23,468 nt of DNA. Source: Octopus sinensis (lineage: Eukaryota). The notes beneath the pieces were generated by a model, which was not told where the DNA came from, did not search any database, and saw only the letters and a list, made by a program, of their open reading frames with translations. Position 1 is the first letter of the stretch; each line of letters begins with the position of its first letter. The position numbers and the translations under genes were made by a program. The stretch is from assembly GCF_006345805.1 (NCBI RefSeq), contig NW_021836495.1, positions 1 to 23,468 on the forward strand, written 5' to 3'. Of this stretch, positions 11,104 through 21,965 are shown one piece after another.

Positions 11104-11521
11104 CGGCGAGCTGGCAGAAACGTTAGCACGCCGGGCGAAATGCTGAGCGGTATTTTGTCTGCCGTTACGTTGTGAGCTCAAATTCCGCCGAGGTCGACTT
11201 TGCCTTTCATCCTTTCGGGGTCGATAAATTAAGTACCAGTTACGCACTGGGGTCGATGTAATCGACTTAATCCGTTTGTCTGTCCTTGTTTGTCCTCTCT
11301 GTGTTTAGCCCCTTGAGGGTAGTAAAGAAATAGGTATTTCGTCTGCCGCTACGTTCTGAGTTCAAATTCCGCCGAGGTCGACTGTGCCTTTCATCCTTTC
11401 GGGGTCGATTAAATAAGTACCAGTTGCGCACTGGGGTCGATGTAATCGACTTAATCCGTTCGTCTGTCCTTGTTTGTCCCCTCTGTGTTTAGCTCCTTGT
11501 GGGCAGTAAAGAAATAAGTAT
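11104..11521 (+). mobile_element. Family-B SINE plus a tandem 184-bp partial duplicate
   Basis: Full copy 11104-11337. The second copy restarts at internal ggtat (ggtat 11149, ggtat 11333, agtat 11517; period 184). Confidence 0.92.
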
Positions 11522-12459
11522 TGTTTTGTCGTCTTACGATTGCAGTCACGCACAAAATGACAGCTTCCAAATCCTGTTTTCTGATTGGGTAAAGATGATC
11601 AAAGTTTAGACCTCTGTAACTCTTTTAAAACAAGTGAATTAGACACTGAGATTCAACATGAAAAGTCTCATCAATGCAGCAAATTTGGAAATTTTCATTT
11701 AACTTTAAAATTTCGAAAAGTGCAGTCAAACCGAAAAGATCTCAAGAATCCTGTAAAGCTACCGTTTTGGTCTCGTAGAATAGAATCTATTTTCGTTGGA
11801 AGACTTATTAGAAATTCAAAGAATAACGCCATAATTACAGAGAATCATTTTCGACTGTGATAATGTTAGAATTCGCTATTATTCTATAACCCCACAGCAT
11901 CATGTAGCACCTTACGCGAAATTTGAAAGCTCTTTAACAAGAGCGTGATAATTAACGATGATAACGTAAGAAACCCATCATCATATAGTGCTGATATGAT
12001 TCTGTCATATCAGTGAGGCCATGAATAGCGGTTGCCGCTGGGGAAGTAGAAATGATTGCATCATATTGTATCATTAAATTATTTCCAATCATTTGAATTA
12101 AAACTAGATTGCACGGACAGCTTCTACCTTCTGGAGAGAAAGAGAAAGCACAAACACCCACACAGAGAGAGACTTGAATTGTAATTATCCAAAATAACCC
12201 TAATTTGTACAAGCATGCACATTTATACACTCAGGCACGAACAAACGTATGTATTACGCGTAAGAATTACGGTGAAAGACATAAAGTCGGTTTCAATGCT
12301 TCGTTGTAACAAGATAAAATTTAAAGTTAAGGAGAAGATATGCAACGAGATACACACAAGTTGATGTCGCCATAGATTGATGTCGTTGCTAAATCCTTTG
12401 ATAATCCTAATCTAAGGACATTGACATTTCTTTCTTTCACCGTTTCGTAAACTCTCTGT

Positions 12460-12703
12460 CTCTCCCTCTCACTCCTTCCCTTCTACCCCTCTTTTTGGCT
12501 CTCTCTCTCTTCCTCCCTCTCTGTCGCTCTATCTTTCTGCCTCTCTGTCACTCTGTCTCTCTCTCTTTCCCTTTATGTGTTTGAGGAGAGGAAAAGTGTT
12601 TATATCAATCGCGTTCAATTTCATAAATTATAATATCTCTCTCCCTTTCTTACATCTCTCTCTCTCTATCCGTCTATCTCTGTCTGTCTCTCTCTCTCTC
12701 TCA

Positions 12704-12755
<52 letters not shown>

Positions 12756-12950
12756 ACATCTATCTATCCATCCATCCAACCATCCTTCTCTCCATCCATC
12801 TGTCCATCCATCCATCCATCCATCCATCCATCCATCCATCTATCCGTCCGTCCGTCCGTCTGTCTTTCTGTCTGCTTGCCTGCCTGTCTGTCTGCCTGTT
12901 TGTATGTATGTATACATTGATACGCGTTTGCATGTGTGTATGCATGTTTA
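12460..12950. repeat. Compound microsatellite: (CT)n, (TCTA)n, (TCCA)n, (TCCG)n, (TCTG)n
   Basis: Direct inspection. Confidence 0.95.
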
Positions 12951-13584
12951 CCTCCAACACCAAAATATATTCTCACCAAAACAGACCAAATGTCCAGTCA
13001 GCCGTTTCAAATCGCCAGCGTACCATGAGCCGCGCCAAATCGTCACCGTCCTATCAGCCGCGCCAAATCTTCGGCGTCGAACCAGCCGCGCCCATTAGTC
13101 TCGCACCGATTTTTAACACATTCCACATTCCTCTTCGAATTCTACTATTACGACGTTCACTTTACCAACTTCTGACATAGCACAATCTTTCTTGATTACC
13201 AGTCGGTTCACTATACAGTTCCTGCTACTTGAATGGACTCTGCTTGGCTTCGATATTCTGTTGAGATTGTGTTCTCTATCTATATATCAATAGTCAGTAC
13301 AGATAATTTCGTAATATTCTCAAAGCTGTCTTTTACGCTATCCGAGATGGATTTTGCTATGCGCTGCTTACAAGACAAAGCATCTTCTTCGCGCACCTGA
13401 CACCCTCTCAGTATGAAGAATCGCTTTAATGAGAAGGCTAATGCTGGCATCATACAGAGAGTAACAGCGCTATATTGATATTAAAAAGTACCAGACGATT
13501 TTTTATTTATGTTTTTTTTAACTCATTATAACATAATTGGATCTATGTGACTCCAGTATCTTCGAACCCGATAACATTGCCTTC

Positions 13585-13652
13585 CAACAACAACAACAAC
13601 AGCAACAACAACAACAACAGCAACAACAACAACAACAACAACAACAATAACG
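13585..13652. repeat. (AAC)n microsatellite
   Basis: Direct inspection. Confidence 0.95.
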
Positions 13653-13764
13653 ACGGCGATATACATACACATGTACAAACGGACGCATGCGCACACCATG
13701 ATATACCAGTACAGCTTATACGAATAGGCGCGTGTAAATAAAACCAAGCTACATGTTGGTTCCT

Positions 13765-13938
13765 AATTTCAAATTTTGGTACAATGTCAGCAACTTCGGG
13801 GATGGAGTAAGTCAATTATATCGACCCCCCCACCCCAGCCCCCAGTAATCAACTGGTACTTATTTTATCGACCTCCGAAACGACGAACGGCGAGGTCCAC
13901 TTCTGTGGAATTTGAACTCAACACGTAAAGACGGACGG
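13765..13938 (-). mobile_element. Family-B SINE (partial), tail type 2
   Basis: On -: gagttcaaattcc...ggaggtcgataaaataagtaccagttg...ggggtcgatataattgac...cccgaagttgctgacattgtaccaaaatttgaaa. Confidence 0.75.
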
Positions 13939-13980
13939 CTGTCAGGTCTGGACTGGTGTCAATTTTCATATCTAAAATTT

Positions 13981-14134
13981 TAAGCACCCATTATTACATT
14001 CTCAGAGTGGTTGGCGTTAGGAAGGGCATCCAGCCGCATAAAAACCCCTCAGCTCACCAAGCCCTTGTTAAACCATCCATCCCATGCCAGCATGGATAAC
14101 GGACGTTAATGGTGATGATGATGATGGTGGTGAT
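13981..14134 (+). mobile_element. 3' end of an RTE-tailed retroposon (family D) with a (TGA)n tail
   Basis: gagtggttggcgttaggaagggcatccagccg...cccatgccagcatggataacggacgtta, then (gat)n. The tail resembles RTE/Expander 3' ends (from memory). Confidence 0.65.
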
Positions 14135-14197
14135 ATTCACGTAGACTATCCGGCTTTAATAAACGTATATCTCAATTTTTGGAGTCAATAAAATAAC

Positions 14198-14302
14198 TAC
14201 CAACTCGAGCCCGAGTTCAGTCCCACTGTGAGGCACCTTTGGCAGGTATCTTCTAATATAGCCTCGGGCCGACCAAAGCCTTCTGATTGAAAGATGCTCG
14301 TC

Positions 14303-14303
<1 letters not shown>
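14198..14303 (+). mobile_element. Family-A SINE 5' half (host of the nested insertions)
   Basis: ccgagttcagtcccactg...ggcacctttggcaggtatcttctaatatagcctcgggccgaccaaagcc...cgtcg, then (TA)n. Confidence 0.8.
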
Positions 14304-14841
<538 letters not shown>

Positions 14842-14971
14842 CTATATTGTATAGAGGGCATTATTACACATAAATGCCTCACACTAGGAGGGACAAAGTC
14901 ATTACTACCAAAATTATACTAATCATACCAAATGCAGTTTTTCAAAGCAAGACATTTAAAAAAATGAATTT

Positions 14972-15030
14972 AGTTCTGTATCACCGTGATTTCACATTCA
15001 ACTTTACGTCTAATGATCGTCAGCAGAACT
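14972..15030 (-). ncRNA. Type I hammerhead ribozyme, intact core
   Basis: Reverse complement of agttctgtatcaccgtgatttcacattcaactttacgtctaatgatcgtcagcagaact is identical to the 17263-17321 copy. Confidence 0.8.
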
Positions 15031-15454
15031 GATTCTGAATACATCATAAATAAACTACCAACCTTACGTAGCGAAGACAAACAGACAACTGCTCACTCCG
15101 GCCAAGCACATGGAATGTTTATAAATCATATATCCGGTAAATGGCGGGCTGTTTTACGAACTGCATGTCGGGTAATGAAAAGTATTTCGGAATAAGTTTA
15201 ACAATTAAGGATAATCTCTTAGTAAGGGATCTTAACAAGAAGTTATCGGGTAGCTAGCGTGAAAACCTCATAAAAGAAAAGAATTCGAAAATAATTTTTT
15301 TCTTTTGAACAAATTAATTATATCTATATTGTATAGAGGGCATTATTACACATAAATGCCTCACACTAGGAGGGACAAAGTCATTACTACCAAAATTATA
15401 CTAATCATACCCAAATGCAGTTTTTCAAAGCAAGACATTTAAAAAAATGAATTT

Positions 15455-15514
15455 AGTTCTGTATCACCGTGATTTCACATTAAAACTTTACGTCTAATGA
15501 TCGTCAGCAGAACT
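15455..15514 (-). ncRNA. Type I hammerhead ribozyme, core intact, stem II altered
   Basis: Same motif with cattaaaact in place of cattcaact. Confidence 0.7.
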
Positions 15515-16300
15515 GATTCTGAATACATCATAAATAAACTACCAACCTTACGTAGCGAAGACAAACAGACAACTGCTCACTCCGGCCAAGCACATGGAAT
15601 GTTTATAAATCATATATCCGGTAAATGGCGGGCTTTTTTACGAACTGCATGTCGGGTAATGAAAAGTATTTCGGAATAAGTTTAACAATTAAGGATAATC
15701 TCTTAGTAAGGGATCTTAACAAGAAGTTATCGGGTAGCTAGCGTGAAAACCTCATAAAAGAAAAGAATTCGAAAATAATTTTTTTCTTTTGAACAAATTA
15801 ATTATATCTATATTGTATAGAGGGCATTATTACACATAAATGACGTAAAGTTGAATGTGAAATCACGGTGATACAGAACTAAATTCATTTTTTTAAATGT
15901 CTTGCTTTGAAAAACTGCATTTGGGTATGATTAGTATAATTTTGGTAGTAATGACTTTGTCCCTCCTAGTGTGAGGCATTTATGTGTAATAATGCCCTCT
16001 ATACAATATAGATATAATTAATTGTTCAAAAGAAAAAATTATTTTCGAATTCTTTTCTTTTATGAGGTTTTCACGCTAGCTACCCGATAACTTCTTGTTA
16101 AGATCCCTTACTAAGAGATTATCCTTAATTGTTAACTTATTCCGAAATACTTTTCATTACCCGACATGCAGTTCGTAAAAAAGCCCGCCATTTACCGGAT
16201 ATATGATTTATAAACATTCCATGTGCTTGGCCGGAGTGAGCAGTTGTCTGTTGTCTTCGCTACGTAAGGTTGGTAGTTTATTTATGATGTATTCAGAATC

Positions 16301-16359
16301 AGTTCTGCTAACGATCATTAGACGTAAAGTTGAATGTGAATTCACGGTGATACAGAACT
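16301..16359 (+). ncRNA. Hammerhead copy with mutated core (CTAACGA, GAAT)
   Basis: Stems retained, but two conserved core positions differ. Either inactive or a sequence error. Confidence 0.6.
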
Positions 16360-16784
16360 AAATTCATTTTTTTAAATGTCTTGCTTTGAAAAACTGCATT
16401 TGGGTATGATTAGTATAATTTTGGTAGTAATGACTTTGTCCCTCCTAGTGTGAGGCATTTATGTGTAATAATGCCCTCTATACAATATAGATATAATTAA
16501 TTTGTTCAAAAGAAAAAAAATTATTTTCGAATTCTTTTCTTTTATGAGGTTTTCACGCTAGCTACCCGATAACTTCTTGTTAAGATCCCTTACTAAGAGA
16601 TTATCCTTAATTGTTAAACTTATTCCGAAATACTTTTCATTACCCGACATGCAGTTCGTAAAAAAGCCCGCCATTTACCGGATATATGATTTATAAACAT
16701 TCCATGTGCTTGGCCGGAGTGAGCAGTTGTCTGTTTGTCTTCGCTACGTAAGGTTGGTAGTTTATTTATGATGTATTCAGAATC

Positions 16785-16843
16785 AGTTCTGCTGACGATC
16801 ATTAGAAGTAAAGTTGAATGTGAAATCACGGTGATACAGAACT
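16785..16843 (+). ncRNA. Type I hammerhead ribozyme, intact core
   Basis: Same fold. One change in distal stem II (AGAAGTAAAG). Predicted cleavage after 16836. Confidence 0.78.
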
Positions 16844-17262
16844 AAATTCATTTTTTTAAATGTCTTGCTTTGAAAAACTGCATTTGGGTATGATTAGTAT
16901 AATTTTGGTAGTAATGACTTTGTCCCTCCTAGTGTGAGGCATTTATGTAATAATGCCCTCTATACAATATATATATAATTAATTTGTTCAAAAGAAAAAA
17001 ATTATTTTCGAATTCTTTTCTTTTATGAGGTTTTCACGCTAGCTACCCGATAACTTCTTGTTAAGATCCCTTACTAAGAGATTATCCTTAATTGTTAAAC
17101 TTATTCGAAATACTTTTCATTACCCGACATGCAGTTCGTAAAAAAGCCCGCCATTTACCGGATATATGATTTAAACATTCCATGTGCTTGGCCGGAGTGA
17201 GCAGTTGTCTGTTTGTCTTCGCTACGTAAGGTTGGTAGTTTATTTATGATGTATTCAGAATC

Positions 17263-17321
17263 AGTTCTGCTGACGATCATTAGACGTAAAGTTGAATGTG
17301 AAATCACGGTGATACAGAACT
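17263..17321 (+). ncRNA. Type I hammerhead ribozyme, intact core
   Basis: AGTTCTG-CTGACGA-TCATTAGACGTAAAGTTGAATGT-GAA-ATCACGGTGAT-A-CAGAACT. 7-bp stem I, CUGANGA and GAAA boxes, stem II CAUU/AAUG plus GAC/GUU, stem III AUCA/UGAU. Predicted cleavage after 17314. Confidence 0.8.
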
Positions 17322-17609
17322 AATTCATTTTTTTAAATGTCTTGCTTTGAAAAACTGCATTTGGGTATGATTAGTATAATTTTGGTAGTAATGACTTTGT
17401 CCCTCCTAGTGTGAGGCATTTATGTGTAATAATGCCCTCTATACAATATAGATATAATTAATTTGTTCAAAAGAAAAAAATTATTTTCGAATTCTTTTCT
17501 TTTATGAGGTTTTCACGCTAGCTACCCGATAACTTCTTGTTAAGATCCCTTACTAAGAGATTATCCTTAATTGTTAAACTTATATATATATATATATATA
17601 TATATATAG

Positions 17610-17840
17610 ATGTATGTATGTATGATTGTATGTCTGTGTTTGTCCCCCACAACCACCATCTCTTGACAACCGATGCTGGTGCAGTTATGTCCCTCTAAAT
17701 TAGCGGTTCGGCAAAGAGACCGATAGAATAAGTACTAAGCTTACAAAGAATACGTCCTGGGGTCGATTTGTTCGACTAAAGGTTGTGCTCCAACATGGCC
17801 GCAGTCAAATGATTGAAAATGCTAAATGAATAAAAGAATA
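17610..17840 (+). mobile_element. Family-A SINE 3' half (continuation of 14198-14303)
   Basis: tgtctgtgtttgtccccc...ttgacaaccgatgctggtg...agcggttcggcaaagagaccgatagaataagtact...ctccaacatggccgcagtcaaatga. Confidence 0.85.
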
Positions 17841-17976
17841 TATATACATATTCATATACATATACATATATATATATCTTATATTAAACTTTTAATACTT
17901 TTTGATAGTTATATATATTTAAGAAAATAATTAAACAAATAAATAAATAAAGAATAAAAATAAATATATATATATA

Positions 17977-18479
17977 CTAGCAGTATCGCCCGACATTGCT
18001 CGGGTTTGTAAGGGAAATAACTATATAAGCATTTTTAGAGAGTTACTTCCCTTATAGATGCCAATTCGGGCTTTCTTAGCCATTTCTGTTTTGGTGTCTT
18101 CAAGCCATGAAGTCGTTGTTCTAAAAGAACGCTGGTCTCCTTGACAACGCTTTACGACGTTGATTTCCTTACACTCCCTTCCCCACAACTTCACGAGGGA
18201 GGGAAGAAGGGGGAGAAGCAAACAGGTGCAGGTGTGACCATGGACGCCAACTCCGCCGCCATCGACACACGAAAAATTATGCATTAAAATGGTATAAAAA
18301 ATGATGTTAAATTATTTTTAAAATCGTAGACTCATCGTTGACGCGCGCTAATAGTCAGACGGGCTCGATATGAATCACGACTATAGATACCCGAATTTGG
18401 TTAAACTGCACCGCAAAATGTGGGAGGAGTTAGGAATCTAAATCGAAGGGGACAGACACTAGAGTTTTTATATATATAT

Positions 18480-18480
<1 letters not shown>
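17977..18480 (-). mobile_element. Non-autonomous Helitron, different body, same 3' terminus as 9079-9461
   Basis: On -: tatatataaaaactctagtgtctgtc...cccgagcaatgtcgggcgatactgCTAG|T. The 5' end runs into (TA)n and the TC dinucleotide is not visible. Confidence 0.8.
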
Positions 18481-18558
<78 letters not shown>

Positions 18559-18602
18559 TTATAAAAATAAATTAATAATTTAAAATTTTTAACTTTAAAT
18601 TA

Positions 18603-18707
18603 AAATAATTTAAATTTTAAATTTTGTATTTTATATATTTTGTATATTATATTAATTATTTTTATTTCTATGTTTTGGTTTATGTTTTTCACTGTTTGAT
18701 TTGCCTA
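18603..18707 (+). repeat. AT-rich dispersed repeat, copy 2
   Basis: Aligns with 8322-8427 in the same orientation. Confidence 0.75.
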
Positions 18708-18744
18708 ACAGTGGTTTTGTCTCTAATTTAATTTATATTTATAC

Positions 18745-18776
<32 letters not shown>

Positions 18777-18844
18777 TATATAATACCTTATATTCGTCTA
18801 ACTGTCCGGTTATTAGGTAGACCGAAACTTCGGAATCACTGTAA

Positions 18845-19250
18845 TTTTTTTACTTGCTGCAGTAATTTGACTGCGGCCATGCTGGAGTACAGCCTTAAAC
18901 GGGTTTTTAGTCGAAGCCTAGTACTTATTATATCGGTCTCTTTTGCCGAACACCGCTGGTTTACGGGGACATAAACACACCAACATCGGTTATCAAGCGA
19001 TGTTGGGGGGACAAACACAGATATAATGACACACACGCATAAACATATGTATATGTATTTGTGGCTATGTGTGTGTGTATGTGTACGACGGGCATCTTTT
19101 CAGTTTCCGTCTACCAAATCCACTGACAAGGCTTTGGTCGGCCCGTGGCTATGGTAGAAGACACCTGCCCAAGGTGCCACGCAGTGGGACTGAACCCGGA
19201 ACCATGTGGTTGGTAAGCAAGCTTCTTACAACACAGCCACGCCTGCCTAT
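18845..19250 (-). mobile_element. Family-A tRNA-derived SINE, near full length
   Basis: Tail, 3' half, internal simple repeat and head ...tggctgtgttgtaagaagc. Confidence 0.9.
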
Positions 19251-20329
19251 ATAATGTATGTATGTGTGTGTGTATTTGTGTCTGTATGTGTTTGTGTGTA
19301 TATACAGTATGCATGTATACGAATGTATATTATATGTATGCTTGTGTGTGTATATGCGTGTAGAATAGGTATATCCTCAACATCGATTACTCTTTTAACG
19401 GACACTTCTAAATTTACCATTCTTCTATTTGTCGTGGGCTAAACGTTGTTGCTGCTGTTCTTGGTGCTGCTGACGTTGTCGCCGCTGCCGCTGCTGCTGC
19501 TGCTGCTGCTACAGCCGCTGTTGAAGATGGTGCAGCTTCTGTTGATGCAGCAGAAGTTTGCTGCGGACGATGATGGCGGTGGTGGTGATGCTGGAGAACG
19601 TCGCATGGAACTTGGAGAATTGTCCTCCCACTTCGAATTCTTCGCCTTGTGTTGCACCATACAGGTCTCCTTTTACCACCACGCGCTCTACCCCCAACCA
19701 ACCCACCAACCAGCCAATAGATACACACACACACACACCACCACCACCACCACCACCACCACCACCACCAAGAACAACAATAACAACAAAAGCAATAACT
19801 TCATCTTTATTGTCGCCGTCATCATTGTTGTCAGGGCCATCATCACCAACCTCATCTTCTTCCTCCCCCTCTTCCTCCGCCATTTCATCAACATCATTAT
19901 CATCATCACCACCAACACCACCACCACTACCACCACCACCACTACCACCAAAACCACCACCATCACCACCACTAACAACAACAACAACAACAACAACACC
20001 AGCAGCGTCAACCCAATCTCCATCATCATCATCGTCATCGTCATCATCATCGTTATTGTCATTCCCGTTATCATCATTATCCACCTCCTCCTCCTACTCC
20101 TTCTCCCCTCCACCTCCTCTTCATCACCACCACCACCAACAACAACAACACTAAAATAAACTTCATTACCATTACCTGCATCATTGATACTTATCATCGT
20201 CACAAACAGCTTACAGCGCCTCAGAGTCCCCCCAAAAAAATTTTCCCGCCATTAGCCTCCTCCTACTCCACCCCATAACCACCACCACCACCACCATCAT
20301 CATCATCATTATTATTATTATTGTTTTTG

Positions 20330-20364
<35 letters not shown>

Positions 20365-20472
20365 GTAATTATTGTTGTTGTTGCTGTTATTATTATTGTT
20401 ATTATTATTATTTTTGTTATTATCATTATTATTATATTTTATTAATATTATTTATTATCATTATTATTATTG

Positions 20473-20560
<88 letters not shown>

Positions 20561-21034
20561 CTCCATCACCACCACCACCACCATTCCATTGCCATAGCCG
20601 ACACTGCTAATGACGCCACGCATGACAGAAACGATACTATCACTACTACCGCCGCCACCGCCACCATCACCACCGCCACTATCACCCACCATCATCACCT
20701 CTTCCTCTATCACCACCACCACCGTCACTACTACCACCACTATCATCACAATCATGACAAATTCCTATCACACCCGGCATCGTCCGTTAGCATCATCACC
20801 ACCTTGCCACCATTCCCAGCACCACTACCACCATCATCACCACCTCCGATGCCACTACTAGCACCATTACCAAAACAACATTAACACCACCACCGATACT
20901 ACTTGTACACTACCACAAACCACGTCATTCCTATTACACCACCCCCACTACCACCACCCATACCAACCCACTATGAAAACTAAAACAGCGCCACCACACA
21001 ACCACCACCACCACCACCAAAATCACCACCCCCG

Positions 21035-21620
21035 AGGGAACCTCTAAGTAGTAACTCGTCTTGCCAGAAATAAGAGCCAAATCTTTTCTTAATTTCACTC
21101 TACTGCCTTAGGGCGAGAACATATTCGTTGTAATATTTCTAGATGGTCACATCTGGAACGTCTTTAAGAATAGGTCTGCTCTGTTATGATTGACTTGGGG
21201 CTAAACAACTCCCACCACCGGTGATATCAGGACCAACGATGGAACTTCTAAGTGGTGATTCGACCTGCTAGAAATAAGAACCAAATCTCTTCTTAATTTT
21301 ACTCTACTGCCTTAAAGAGAGAGAACATATTCGTTGTAGTAATTGCTGATGGTCACATCTGGAACGTCTTTAAAACCAAGTCTGCTGTGTAATTATTGAC
21401 CTGGATTGACAACTGCCACCATCCCAGATGTCATTGCCAACGATGTAGCGTCTAAGTGGTGACTCACCCTGCTAGAAATAGGAGTTAAATCGCTTCAAAA
21501 GGGAAAGGCATATTCTTTGTTGAAATTCTAGATACTCTTAAAAGAACGGGATGGTCACAGCTGGAGTGTCTTCAAGAATGGAGCTGCGTGACTATGATTG
21601 ACCCATGGCTAAACCACCAC
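21035..21620 (+). repeat. Three diverged tandem copies of a ~204-bp unit (family E), each ending near ggggctaaacaac plus a (CAC/AAC)-like tail
   Basis: ctaagt(a/g)gt(a/g)a... at 21044, 21248 and 21452 (period 204). Shared gctagaaata, catattc, gatggtcac, attgac. Confidence 0.85.
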
Positions 21621-21780
21621 CACCACCACCATCACCACCTCGCCGCCACCACCACCACCACTACCACCACCGCCACCACCACCACCATCACTACAACAAC
21701 AACAACAACAACAGTCATCATATACACCACCACTACCACCACCGCCACCACTAATCTCGAGCCAAATGAGACAGCATGTT

Positions 21781-21965
21781 TACTCGACGTGCTAGAATTA
21801 GCAACCAAATTTCCCTCAAATCAAACCCTGTATTTCCACGAAAAGACTGCTGGGAAGAGTGGTCTTGAATTCCCTGTACTTAGTAAAGCAAGGAGGGACT
21901 GCCGTGGTAGGAACGCCTTTCATCGCAAGTCATCAGGAATGACCTGATGTTAATCAGCAATAATA
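21781..21965 (+). repeat. Fourth, more diverged family-E copy
   Basis: actcgacgtgctagaattagcaaccaaat...gggactgccgtggtaggaacgcc. Confidence 0.65.

Noticed and set aside
11585-11860. 91-aa non-repetitive ORF
   Set aside because: Starts at TTG-type context, has no recognisable motif, and is within chance length.
11991-12013. 9-bp hairpin CTGATATGA/TCATATCAG
   Set aside because: Too short and isolated; not a pre-miRNA-length stem.
14986-16829. Repeated 60-69 aa ORF (MIVSRTDSEY...KSISE) in the array unit
   Set aside because: Antisense to the ribozyme strand, broken by indels in several units, and no recognisable domain (no RT or GIY-YIG motifs).
18790-18840. Hammerhead-like ...gaccgaaacttcggaatc
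   Set aside because: No CUGANGA box on either strand, and no U at the 16.1 position.
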